Source: a bacterium | GTDB lineage: Bacteria; SM23-31 | NCBI GenBank assembly: GCA_965249485.1 | Contig: OZ252239.1 | Location: forward strand, 160,001 to 224,000 | Direction of reading: 5' to 3' | Length of the DNA stretch: 64,000 nucleotides | Part shown: piece by piece, positions 10,655 to 20,935 of the stretch | How positions within the stretch are numbered: the stretch's first letter is position 1 | Layout: every line of letters begins with the position of its first letter | Translations under genes and position numbers: made by a program | Notes under the pieces: model-generated | The model's input: the letters and a program-made list of their open reading frames with translations, nothing else | Told to the model about the DNA's origin: nothing | Databases searched by the model: none

Positions 10655-10743
10655 TGTACTTCGTCTGTGCGTGTTGAAAAATATAATATATAATAGGCTT
10701 TTACAAGTGTTTTCCGCTCCTCGGGCTGTACGATTTGCGAACC
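10655..10743 (+). repeat. Composite module, copy 6 (core 10717-10743)
   Basis: TGTACTTCGTCTGTGCG plus consensus core; spacing shortened to 62 bp. Confidence 0.9.
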
Positions 10744-10983
10744 TTTAGGCTCATTATTCTTGCGGAACAATATAATTATATGTAATATGGAGAACTTTAG
10801 AATAACTTGTTAATCCTCAAAATAAAAAGAACCGGTAGGGCGGAGAATCACCGAGGATGCAAAAAAACGCCTCGGATTTGCATAAATTTTCAAATGAATA
10901 TGTCGTAATATTTTGTGGTGCGTTTTTTGTATATTTTTTTGCGCTGATCTTCACAGAACCAACATAATTTGAATTGAAAAACA

Positions 10984-11916
10984 GTGAAATCGAGAATAGC
11001 CATAATTTCTTTAGCCTTCTTTCTTATTGCAATGAATTTCGATCCTGTTTATTCTCAGGATGTCTCGGTTGAAGACACTGGAAAATCCACGCAGATTGTC
11101 TTACTCGGTACGGGAACTCCTAATGCCGAGCCCGATAGGTGGGGGATCTCAATAGCAATTGTTGTTGACGATGCGCCTTATATATTCGATGCCGGACCAG
11201 GGTTGATCAGGCGGGTAAACGCCGCAACTGAAGCGGGAGTAAAAGGTCTGAAAGTAAGCGGTCTGAATAAAGCATTTATCACACATTTGCACTCCGACCA
11301 CACGATTGGTCTGCCAAACCTAATATTAGTTCCCTGGGTTTTGGATAGAGAAGAACCGTTAGATATATATGGACCGCCGGGAATGATGAACATGGTAGAC
11401 CATATACTCGCAGCCTACAAGGAAGACATTTCGATGCGGCTCTATGGAAACCAACCGTCGAATACGGAAGGCTACAAGGTGAATGTTTTTGAAATAGAGC
11501 CCGGAGTAATTTATAAAGATAAAAAGATATCTGTAAGAGCATTCCAGGTGAATCATGGATCGTGGGACTACGCTTACGGATACCGTATCGAAACCCCCGA
11601 CCGTGTAATCGTCATATCAGGTGACACCGCCCCCAGTGAAGAACTCATCAAGAACGCCGAAGGGTGTGATGTTCTGATCCACGAAGTCTATTCTGAGGCG
11701 GGTTTCCAAAAGCGAACTCCCGAATGGCAGACCTATCATTCGGGTTCCCACACTTCAACGATCCAGCTCGCTGATATTGCAAAACGGATAAACCCGGATC
11801 TGGTAGTCCTGTATCATCAACTTCCAATGGGGGCGACTCCCGAAGAAATGCTCGCCGAAATAGCCGAAATCTACAAGGGTAAAGTTGTATATGGGCGGGA
11901 TTTGGATGTCTATTGA
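10984..11916 (+). CDS. Secreted MBL-fold metallohydrolase (RNase Z/AtsA-like)
   Basis: LLGTGTP, THLHSDH, SGDT, LIHE motifs; signal peptide. Confidence 0.85.
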   Translation: MKSRIAIISLAFFLIAMNFDPVYSQDVSVEDTGKSTQIVLLGTGTPNAEPDRWGISIAIVVDDAPYIFDAGPGLIRRVNAATEAGVKGLKVSGLNKAFITHLHSDHTIGLPNLILVPWVLDREEPLDIYGPPGMMNMVDHILAAYKEDISMRLYGNQPSNTEGYKVNVFEIEPGVIYKDKKISVRAFQVNHGSWDYAYGYRIETPDRVIVISGDTAPSEELIKNAEGCDVLIHEVYSEAGFQKRTPEWQTYHSGSHTSTIQLADIAKRINPDLVVLYHQLPMGATPEEMLAEIAEIYKGKVVYGRDLDVY

Positions 11917-11967
11917 ATTTATCCCAGAGCGACGACCCGGCCAACCGCTTAAGAAGTACATGTCGCT

Positions 11968-12011
11968 TTTACAAGTCTATTTTGCTCCTCGGGCTGTACG
12001 ATTTGCGAAAC
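11968..12011 (+). repeat. Module copy 7 (left box plus core 11985-12011)
   Basis: TTTACAAGTCTATTTTGCTCCTCGGGCTGTACGATTTGCGAAAC; between convergent genes. Confidence 0.9.
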
Positions 12012-12252
12012 TTTTCAGTATCTTTTGTCCTAAATGTATAACAAGTTCAATGAATCATCCAGTGCGGAATCCGGATAGAACTCGAACCATTAGAAGCCAA
12101 TATTAAGGAATATTCTCTATATCGGTACGCCATGACGCAGCATATTACGAAGGATAGAATTCGGGAAAAACCGGCGGAGTACCCCCCTGCATTCAAATCC
12201 CGCGAGGTTCTAAAACGTTTATGAGATAGAATATCAAGGAGATGACGATGTC

Positions 12253-12756
12253 TCAACCTTCGCCATCTCGTTCCCACAGCATGGCGATGAGGTCTGTTGA
12301 CACGGTAGGTCGGCCTAACCGGCGTACCTGGGCGGTATATTGCCCACGATGGTAAGTCGCGTGGTTAAAAACTTGAAGCAGCACCTCCGCCGTCGGATGA
12401 GAAAAGGACTGGCCCTGCAAATTATCATACTGGACATCCGTCTGTGCGCTCGTTGAGTCCAGACTATCGATAAAGGCATCCAGTTCCGTCTCCCGGTCTT
12501 TCCAAAAGTCCACATATGCATCTGGAGCCAGATCATCCGGCGGATTCGGCATCCCGTCCGGCCACCTATGGTGCACCAACCGTTCGGTCCAGCCAACGGT
12601 GGCTGCGATGAGATGGTTGGTTAGGTCCAGGAGTGTGCACCCGTCGATCTCGCGAGTAAAATCTACTGCAGAAATATCCCTCAGGTTCCGCCATACGCGC
12701 CCGCAGGCCCACTGATGATAGCAATGCATATATCGAACGTGTTCCAGTGTCGGCAT
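12253..12756 (-). CDS. DinB/YfiT family protein
   Basis: YHQWA...HL...FNHATYHRGQ. Confidence 0.85.
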   Translation of the reverse strand: MPTLEHVRYMHCYHQWACGRVWRNLRDISAVDFTREIDGCTLLDLTNHLIAATVGWTERLVHHRWPDGMPNPPDDLAPDAYVDFWKDRETELDAFIDSLDSTSAQTDVQYDNLQGQSFSHPTAEVLLQVFNHATYHRGQYTAQVRRLGRPTVSTDLIAMLWERDGEG

Positions 12757-13067
12757 GTTATAATCCTTCCAGCTGATTGATCTTCAACTGTACCAGTCTT
12801 GAAGGTTGGGTAGAGCAAAGCGAAACCCAACATCTGTTGAGCGAATATCGGGATATTGCTGAACAATGGCAACAACAAAGCCCTCACAGCATGCACTGTG
12901 AGGGTTTTGTTTGAGGCTCCTCGGATTGGATGCGAACAAAGTATACATAAAATGAAAAAACAAATCAATTATTTCTTGAGGTGAATGTTTTCGGACGGTA
13001 AGTGACGTTTTACGAACCTTTAAAGTGAAATTTTGTTGCAATATTTAATGAAAAAAGTAGTGAAATA

Positions 13068-13451
13068 TCAGAGTTTATATCGTATCCTAACACTATGCCA
13101 ACCAAAATCCTGTCGTGAGGGATCTGGACCGTGTATCCTAATCCTTATTCCTCGTGCTGCATGTAATGCAGCAGAGTCTAAACGGTCATTTCCGGATGTT
13201 TGAAGAATTCTTGAATCTATAACAGTACCGTCACGTCCTATCATTACAGTCACTTCTGTTATTCCTTCAACTCTTTCTTCAAGCGCCCATTCAGGATATT
13301 CCAAGTCCATCGGTTCAAGATTACGTAATCCAATAGCCTTACTAATCATTGTTAAATTTACTATTGGTTTACTTGTTGAAGCGCAGTTTATTAGCAATAA
13401 TACAATTAAAAGAATACTACTAGCATGTTTTTTGGATAATATATTATTCAT
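13068..13451 (-). CDS. TonB C-terminal domain lipoprotein
   Basis: YPEWALEERVEG...SGNDRLDSAA; likely start MNNIL (upstream extension reads through the tRNA fragment). Confidence 0.75.
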   Translation of the reverse strand: MNNILSKKHASSILLIVLLLINCASTSKPIVNLTMISKAIGLRNLEPMDLEYPEWALEERVEGITEVTVMIGRDGTVIDSRILQTSGNDRLDSAALHAARGIRIRIHGPDPSRQDFGWHSVRIRYKL

Positions 13452-13546
13452 TTTCCATTCCAAAATAGCATGATTAGAAATATTGTTGAAGTATGACACA
13501 TTAAATACCTTTATTATTGTTTTGCTAATGAAGGAATAATCTCTCC

Positions 13547-13740
13547 GGGCCGTGCAGGACTCGAACCTGCGACCCACTGATTATGAGTCGTAAGGTCTAT
13601 TAATAATAGTGCAACACATAACCTTATAAAATAACAAATAATTAAGCGTATGGTTTCCACAATTTATTTAAAGCAAATAATGGCATAAATTGGCACAAAT
13701 AACACGAATTCACACCATTAACTGACACATATTGACACAT
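13547..13740 (-). mobile_element. att site 1: tRNA-Ile 3'-half duplicate (13547-13589) plus arm
   Basis: 43 bp matching the tRNA with 1 mismatch, diverging just after the anticodon loop; arm ends TGACACATATTGACACA. Confidence 0.9.
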
Positions 13741-13777
13741 GGTTCATTTTGTTCAGTCAAGATTCTATACTAATCTA

Positions 13778-15196
13778 TTATCTTAGCTTATCAACATCGA
13801 GAACTACGACAGAATTTACCGGATCCCATGCCTCATCATCCAGGGTAACTACTATGTAGGCATTTCCTTCAATAATAACTTTATAGTTTTTCCGGGGGAT
13901 GCTCCGGAGAGCATATGCTTGTATCGGGCGTCTCCGTACGGTGTCTAACACCAGCCTGCCATCTTCAGGCCAGTCAAATACATGCAGGTATAAACGTGTT
14001 GTACCATCGGCACGAATCCGGTGCGTTATCCTTCCCCATCCCGGCTGCCCCCACTGGGTACCCTTTGTCCCATAGATACTTTCACCGTATTTTTTAAGCC
14101 AGTCACCGGCTTCAAGGAGAACATCAACCGATTCCTTGGGAATTATACCTTCGGGTGTCGGTCCGACGTTCAGCGTGTAATTTCCACCAATACTGGCTGT
14201 ATGTGCGAGATTATGAATTGTCATTTCCGCAGTCATCCAATCAGGTGTGACTTTGTGGTACATCCATGTGCCGTTCATCGTCACATCCACCTGGAAGTTA
14301 TGGTACGTCCGATGATCATTGAGCTCGGGGTAAGATTCTTCGGAGATCAAATAATCATTCGGTCTATGGATAATCTCTCGTTCAATATCCATATCGCTAA
14401 TGATTACGTTGGGCTGGATCGAACGTATCACTTCCATGATATCAAGGTATTTCGGAGCTAGATACGCATCATCATCATCCAAATAGCGTGAGAAAGACCC
14501 TAATAAGACGTCGATCTTGCCATAGTTAGTAAACAGTTCGCGAATCTGATTTTTCATATACTCGACGTAAATCTCGATGTCAGCGTCAGGATTCGGATAA
14601 TAATGCTGACCTATTTCCCTCTTCACGAGAAATTCAGGAAGAAATTCGGGATGATGCATATCGGAAAACGAGTAATACACTCCCAGCCTTATACCACCAT
14701 CCAGACAGGCATCTGCAAGTTCTTTCAAAGGATCACGGTCGAAAGGAGTATAATCCACGATATCAAAATCGGTATACTGTGAGTCATACATACTAAACCC
14801 GTTATGGTGCTTTGCGATATACACGATATATTTCATCCCGGCACTCCGGGCGATATCGACCCATTCTTCAGCATCAAAATCAACCGGGTTGAATACCAGA
14901 CCCCTCTGTAGTAAATCTTCATAGTTTCTCCAGGGTGCACTGCCGTAGATCGCTTCACCATTAACCATCAACCACTCTCTTTCCTCAGGTGTTCTCGGCA
15001 GGGCATCGGGTCCCCAGTGGATGACTATGCCGTAACGGGCGTTGTGGAACCATTCCATCTTGTTATCCATTGACGGGTTCCAGTCAGGCCGGATATCAAT
15101 CATTGTTTGAGCTTGAACAACCACCGCTGTCACAAGAAATAGTATGAGACACAATAACAGAAATCCATGTACTCTATTAGCCCATTTCGTGTCCAT
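13778..15196 (-). CDS. GH29 alpha-L-fucosidase-like protein
   Basis: IHWG, FNPVDFDAEEW, AKHHNGF, LNVGP; atypical nucleophile region. Confidence 0.8.
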   Translation of the reverse strand: MDTKWANRVHGFLLLCLILFLVTAVVVQAQTMIDIRPDWNPSMDNKMEWFHNARYGIVIHWGPDALPRTPEEREWLMVNGEAIYGSAPWRNYEDLLQRGLVFNPVDFDAEEWVDIARSAGMKYIVYIAKHHNGFSMYDSQYTDFDIVDYTPFDRDPLKELADACLDGGIRLGVYYSFSDMHHPEFLPEFLVKREIGQHYYPNPDADIEIYVEYMKNQIRELFTNYGKIDVLLGSFSRYLDDDDAYLAPKYLDIMEVIRSIQPNVIISDMDIEREIIHRPNDYLISEESYPELNDHRTYHNFQVDVTMNGTWMYHKVTPDWMTAEMTIHNLAHTASIGGNYTLNVGPTPEGIIPKESVDVLLEAGDWLKKYGESIYGTKGTQWGQPGWGRITHRIRADGTTRLYLHVFDWPEDGRLVLDTVRRRPIQAYALRSIPRKNYKVIIEGNAYIVVTLDDEAWDPVNSVVVLDVDKLR

Positions 15197-15330
15197 TTTT
15201 TCTCCCTTATTATGAAGCACATATGAAATTATCGATAACAAATGACTGATAATTCATAATCTAACTTACATTACCCCAAATCTGCAGCGCAGTTACTTCG
15301 AGGCCAACTGCACGAAAATAAACAGGCCTT

Positions 15331-16794
15331 TTACGGTTTCATCACATCGCTTGCCCACTCATTGTACAGAATAGTAAGCCGTTCAACGATCTCAGACCGT
15401 TCCGTGGCAAAATTTTTCCATTCGGGCGGATCATCAGAAAGATTTGCCAAAAACGGGCTCCCCATCGGGCCTTCTCGCTGCGGATGCGGTGAATACTTCC
15501 CGGTGGAGTCTCCACCATTAACGATCAGTTTCCAATCACCTTCCCGCACGGCCCATCCTCTTCCCCACTGCCAGTAGAATAGCTTATGCCGGGAAGGAGC
15601 TTCGGGAGAATTTATAACCTCCCACATGCTTTTACCGTCAATTTCTCTGTCAGGCAGGGGGATATCACATAATTCAAGAATCGTTGGGAAAAAATCTGCG
15701 TTCAGAACCGCTTGATCGCGTACCTGACCTTCACCGATCAGGTTTGGAAAGCTGATGACAGCCGGCACGCGGATACCACCCTCTAAAAAGCTTCCTTTCG
15801 CGCCTCTCCACTTACCGGTATATCCTCCTCCTCCGTACGCACCGTACGGTTGTCCGTCCGACTTGTGATAATCTTCAGTTGAATGACCATTGTCACTCAT
15901 CATAATGATCATCGTATTATCCCGCAGATCCAATTGATCGACTTTATTTAAAATTTGTCCCATTCTGTCATCCGTGGTTGAAATCATTGCCGCGTACGAA
16001 CTGCGCGGCAGGGACATCTCTTTATACATTTCGGTAAACTTTGGATCAGCCTGTTCAGGATAATGAGGTACATTGAACGGGACATACATCAAGAAGGGGC
16101 TATCCTTGTTTTCCTCGAGGAAACGGTGGGATTCACGGACTATCAAGTCGGGAAAATAGCTGCCGTCTTCGAACACCTCTGTGTTATTGCGGTATAGACT
16201 GTGGAACGGCTCGATGATTTCTTCACCTTCCTCTTGCTCATCATCATACACATAGCGGGTGTGCGAGTAATTGTCAATAAATCCGGACAGGTGTCCAAAG
16301 AATTCGTCAAAACCCTGATCGTTGGGACCATAGCCCGGAGTCGCACCCAAATGCCATTTTCCGAAAAGACCGGTACGGTAGCCGTTTTCTCTGAGAACTT
16401 CCGCAATGGTTATCTCGTCCACAGACATATTAGCACCCCCGCCGAAGGGATGATTTATATCGGGGTGACTCGATGCCCACCTGTTAATATCGCCGCGCTG
16501 AGGATGGCGTCCGGTCAGCAGTGACACCCGGGATGGACAGCAGACCGCATGGGCATAGGCCTGGGTGAAGCGGACTCCCCGCTCTGCCAAAGCGTCCATG
16601 TGGGGCGTGTACAAATCGTTTGAGCCATAACTGTTGATGTCCAAGGTGCCTTGATCATCGGTGTAGAATAGTATGATGTTTGGTCTGTTTTTGACAGTCC
16701 CGCAGGCGCCAATACTCCCGGGAATAGTGAGTGCCGCCGCACCTATGCCCATTGTTTTTAAAAAGTCGCGCCGCTTGATGGTATGTCTGCTCAA
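15331..16794 (-). CDS. Tat-exported sulfatase (FGly type)
   Basis: RRDFLK Tat motif; CCPSRVSLLTG; GKWHLG; SDNG. Confidence 0.9.
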   Translation of the reverse strand: MSRHTIKRRDFLKTMGIGAAALTIPGSIGACGTVKNRPNIILFYTDDQGTLDINSYGSNDLYTPHMDALAERGVRFTQAYAHAVCCPSRVSLLTGRHPQRGDINRWASSHPDINHPFGGGANMSVDEITIAEVLRENGYRTGLFGKWHLGATPGYGPNDQGFDEFFGHLSGFIDNYSHTRYVYDDEQEEGEEIIEPFHSLYRNNTEVFEDGSYFPDLIVRESHRFLEENKDSPFLMYVPFNVPHYPEQADPKFTEMYKEMSLPRSSYAAMISTTDDRMGQILNKVDQLDLRDNTMIIMMSDNGHSTEDYHKSDGQPYGAYGGGGYTGKWRGAKGSFLEGGIRVPAVISFPNLIGEGQVRDQAVLNADFFPTILELCDIPLPDREIDGKSMWEVINSPEAPSRHKLFYWQWGRGWAVREGDWKLIVNGGDSTGKYSPHPQREGPMGSPFLANLSDDPPEWKNFATERSEIVERLTILYNEWASDVMKP

Positions 16795-17451
16795 ATTTAC
16801 CTCCTCTTCATATCAATACTCTAAAGAGATTAATAGGGATTGTGTATAAAATATGACGTTCTTTTAAGATGGGATGTACTTCGTCAGAGCGCGCCGGTTA
16901 CATTGATATAGTTATATATAAATGGTAAGATATACATGTGGTTTCTGCAAGTGTTTTCTATTCCCCAATCATATAACCCAACATCACAAACCCCTAAACA
17001 TTCTTAAACGATCCGTTTAGGCTTTTTCAGGGCTAAAATATAAGGCTGCTTAGAGTACAATTTTGTCTGAATTCCCCAAGTTCCGCCTTAAAAATCAACA
17101 TTTTATTGGATTCTGGCTATTGCGTAAATTAATATACGGTGCAATATGCGTGGACGTTTGATTCAAAGAATGGGTTGTCCACCCCCCATTGACACCTGTG
17201 TCCAGTTCGGGAAATATGCGTATTTTATGAGAAGTATATTAAAATGATACATTATTTGCTAAGTGTTAAGTGGTTTATTTATATACACTTAGTGGCAAGA
17301 GAGATAGTGTTCTGAATTACATTGAAAAGAGTATATAATACTTGATAAAGTTAAATGTATTCCTTAATTACAACTAAACTATCCAAAAATGTTTTGACAA
17401 GATACAGTATTGATTGTAAAGATTATTACAAGTTTTTAGGGGGTACAGCAA

Positions 17452-18336
17452 ATGAAACACATGTTACGTGTATATTTTATTGTATTATTACTAGTTAGTG
17501 TACTTTCCTGTTCTCGCACATTGGACGATGTCGAGCCGGAGCTGAATGTCAGTATTGTGCCCAACAGTGAAAGCGGCGGATTGCATATCAAGAGCAGTAC
17601 CGTGCCTATGGACGTATTAGAATTTCGCTCATGCGAAGCTATACTGGATGGAAATAAAGACTTTGGACTTTTTGAAGTTAAGCTCGGCGATCCGGATAGT
17701 AATGAGAAACATAAGTGGCAGATCGACGGCAATACACTGTCCTACAGTTGGGAATACCCTGAAGGAATTATCGTCAATTTCTCGGCGGTCGTCGAAAAGG
17801 ATAATCTACGTCTCTCATACACCATCAATAATCAAACTCCCAGTACCTTGAAGAGAGTTCTGCTCCACCCCTGTCTGATAACCAAAGACGCCCCTTCTTT
17901 TTTCCCGAAGCCTAACTTGACATCTCTTTATGACCGGGTGTTTCTATGGTCTAAAGGCAAGAAGTTCTCTATGGGGGACACCGAGCTTGGCAAGAGCGAG
18001 GTACATCTTTCACTGATGAAAGAAGGAGAGGACCCGATCAGCTGGCCATGGTGGATAAACTCTAAGAGAACGTTTGACGAACCTTTATTGGTTATGAGTA
18101 GTATTGACAATCGGCACGTTCTTGCGCTAACTTTTGAGGAAGCTATCTGGGCGTCCTGTAATACCGGGGAAAAACGGTCGAAGGGAATAGACAAACGGGC
18201 GTGCGTTCATCTTTTTCCTTACTTTGGGGAGATAAATCCCCAGCAAAAAACTACAATAAGCGGTCGTTTGTACCTCATGTCGGGAACTCCGGATACTGCT
18301 TATGAACGTATTAAGAAGGACCTCATGATAGAATAG
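17452..18336 (+). CDS. Hypothetical lipoprotein
   Basis: VLSC lipobox; 294-aa ORF. Confidence 0.65.
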   Translation: MKHMLRVYFIVLLLVSVLSCSRTLDDVEPELNVSIVPNSESGGLHIKSSTVPMDVLEFRSCEAILDGNKDFGLFEVKLGDPDSNEKHKWQIDGNTLSYSWEYPEGIIVNFSAVVEKDNLRLSYTINNQTPSTLKRVLLHPCLITKDAPSFFPKPNLTSLYDRVFLWSKGKKFSMGDTELGKSEVHLSLMKEGEDPISWPWWINSKRTFDEPLLVMSSIDNRHVLALTFEEAIWASCNTGEKRSKGIDKRACVHLFPYFGEINPQQKTTISGRLYLMSGTPDTAYERIKKDLMIE

Positions 18337-18677
18337 TAAATAAACAACTTACAAGTCACGTGAGCGGATTGTGAGAACAGGCGGCGCTTTTCGCAACCGC
18401 TCAGTTCCAACGTCCGGAGCCCAGGACAGCAAGGTATATACCTGATGTTTATTAATTGTAGAGTGTATGTCGTCAGAACATGTTGGAATGATTGAATAAA
18501 AAGTTAAAAAGTGCATTGAGCCTTTGCACGTTATTTCTCCTCTATTGGCAATAGTAAGATTACTCACTAAATAAACTAGGCTATTTTTTTTAATTACAGC
18601 ATATTGAGCCACGTTTTCCAATGTCCTAGCAATAAATTTTTCTGATAATTTCTATCACAAATTTAAAGGAGGAAATT

Positions 18678-20354
18678 ATGATAAATAAATCATCCTCATT
18701 ACTATTTGCTATTTTATTTTGCTGCTCTATCCTGGTTACATGCGGTCAATCCGATCCGCTCAAGATACAGGCCCGAATCTCAATCCGGATCGTTGACGAA
18801 AGCGGTAATACAACCCCGGCTCGCGTATGGATCGATGTTGACAACCAGCGTTTTTTCGAACCAATAGCGCCGCAGACGGCGACGGTCTACGCCAACGATC
18901 AAAGCTTTAGCTGCGATGGCGAATTCACAATGGAGGTACCGGCCGGAAATGCGGTGGTGCATGTTGAAAAAGGGAAAGAATACACGCCGGTGGATCTTGC
19001 AATCGCTCTGAAAGCCGGCGAAACGATCGAGAATACCATTCAGCTGAAGCGCTGGATCGATCTGCCGTCTGAAGGTTGGTATTCAGCCGATCTGCACGTG
19101 CATCTGGGACAGGACGATCCCCGTATCCTTCAACAACTGGCGCTGGCCGACGATGTGCATCTCATGCCAGCATTCACCTATTGGCTGCGGGGAGAGGAAG
19201 AATCGTGGCACGCAGCGTGGCCGGATGAAACCTACACAGCGCCGATCGTTATCGACGACCGCCACATCATCACGCGCAACAATATCGAAATCGAACGCAT
19301 CGATAGCAACGCCGCACACGGCTTGACCATCGGCGCGACGTTTCTGTACAACCTGGACCGCCCCGTCACCACCAAGCAATTCGGGGAGAATTTTCCCACC
19401 GACGCCGCGCTTTGCCGAATCGCGCAAACCCATTCACCGGGCGTTGTATTCGACAGCGACAAACCCTCATGGGCGGAGACCGTCATCGGCGCGGCACTGG
19501 GAGTGCTCAACACCATTCAAGTCTGCCACAACCACTACCATCGCTGGTCAACCCTGCATGGCGGCTGGGGCATGATCGGACCGCTGTCGGCGGGTGAATC
19601 CAATACCGCCGTCGGTGACGGTTTGTTTCATCGCACGAACAGTCTGTATTACCGCTTTTTGAATTGCGGCTTTCGCCTGGGCGTCTCCGGCGGCTCGGCC
19701 ATCGGCGTGATGGAAGTACCGGCCGGCTATAACCGCGTCTATGCCAGAATTGAGGGATCGTTGACGGCAGAGAAAATGTGGGCCTCGATCAAAGCCGGAC
19801 GTTCCTTCGCCACCTCGGGGCCCATGCTGACCCTGGATGCCGACGGCCAGGGCCCGGGAGCAATGATCTCCAGAACGTCATCGGACACCTACCCCATTCA
19901 ACTCACTGCAACCCTGCGTTCGATTGAAACGCTGGAATCGCTCCAACTCGTTCACAACGGCCTCGTCGTGGCTTCGTTGAGCCTGCTCGATCAAAAACCT
20001 GCACCGATCTTGCGACAGACGTTAACCTACGAACTGTATCCGAAAAGAAGCGGTTGGATTGCAGCCCGTGCGTTCTATCGAGCCCCGGACGGCCTGCTCC
20101 GCCAGGCACACACCAGCCCGGTTTATCTATCGGTTGATGAAAAACCGACGGCGTTTGCCGCAGATGCAAACTACATGCTCGGCTGGATAAAAATATTGAC
20201 CGATATCGCCAATTCTCAACCGGATCGCTTTCCATCCACCACCGCTCAACAGGAGGTACTGGCAGACTACGAAGAAGCGCGCAGGAGATACGAACAGATT
20301 ATCCGGGATGCACAACGCCACTGGGGCGACCAGCTGATTCCCTCAAAAAATTAG
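18678..20354 (+). CDS. CehA/McbA-like (PHP-fold) metallohydrolase lipoprotein
   Basis: GWYSADLHVH, YYRFLNCGFRL, GRSFATSGP, AHTSPVY; GC-richer than neighbours. Confidence 0.75.
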   Translation: MINKSSSLLFAILFCCSILVTCGQSDPLKIQARISIRIVDESGNTTPARVWIDVDNQRFFEPIAPQTATVYANDQSFSCDGEFTMEVPAGNAVVHVEKGKEYTPVDLAIALKAGETIENTIQLKRWIDLPSEGWYSADLHVHLGQDDPRILQQLALADDVHLMPAFTYWLRGEEESWHAAWPDETYTAPIVIDDRHIITRNNIEIERIDSNAAHGLTIGATFLYNLDRPVTTKQFGENFPTDAALCRIAQTHSPGVVFDSDKPSWAETVIGAALGVLNTIQVCHNHYHRWSTLHGGWGMIGPLSAGESNTAVGDGLFHRTNSLYYRFLNCGFRLGVSGGSAIGVMEVPAGYNRVYARIEGSLTAEKMWASIKAGRSFATSGPMLTLDADGQGPGAMISRTSSDTYPIQLTATLRSIETLESLQLVHNGLVVASLSLLDQKPAPILRQTLTYELYPKRSGWIAARAFYRAPDGLLRQAHTSPVYLSVDEKPTAFAADANYMLGWIKILTDIANSQPDRFPSTTAQQEVLADYEEARRRYEQIIRDAQRHWGDQLIPSKN

Positions 20355-20449
20355 GCCGTGTTGACATTGAGCGACTCTGATCGATACTCCTCGCTCGCAT
20401 CTCACCGCGGGGAGTAGAAAATACTTAAAAAGCACAATGCATCTCTTAA

Positions 20450-20703
20450 TTTTACAAGCGATTTTTACTCACATTGTTCCGTACATCGCCTTTCCAGATA
20501 ACGCTCCAACAGCATATATATAGGTAGCGATTCAAACATTAATTTCCTGTAAGGTGGTTTATAGGATTGACAAATCGACAATACCGAGAAAAACCGAATC
20601 ACCCGAACTGTCCAAATTTTTCTACTTTTACTATTAGAGTTTCAGCAGATAATATTGAAGTGTATTGTGTTTGAATTATGAGGAATGAAAAAGGGAATGA
20701 TTA
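20450..20703. repeat. ~250-bp non-coding repeat, copy A
   Basis: Aligns by eye with 25422-25693 and more weakly with 50219-50395. Confidence 0.85.
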
Positions 20704-20898
20704 GTGGACCCTGCAGGACTCGAACCTGAGACCCACTGATTATGAGACGTTAGGCTTAATAAAAATAATGCAATACATAACCTATTAAAAAAACAGATAA
20801 TTAATCGTATGGTTTCCACAATTATTTTAGTTTCAAAATTGCCTCAATTTAACACAAATTACACGGAGACACACCATTACTGACACAAACTGACACAT
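20704..20898 (-). mobile_element. att site 2: tRNA-Ile 3'-half duplicate plus arm
   Basis: GTGGACCCTGCAGGACTCGAACCTGAGACCCACTGATTATGAG; arm ends TGACACAAACTGACACA. Confidence 0.9.
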
Positions 20899-20935
20899 GT
20901 TGTCTTTATGATAAGTAGGACATTATTAGAATATA

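Noticed and set aside
13452..13577. MGRRFESC... ORF starts (also 56859-57197 and 30063-30317)
   Set aside because: Translations of tRNA/att sequence, not real coding regions
17189..17210. TGACACCTGTGTCCA as an arm site or IS end
   Set aside because: Single isolated dyad; no core, partner end or transposase
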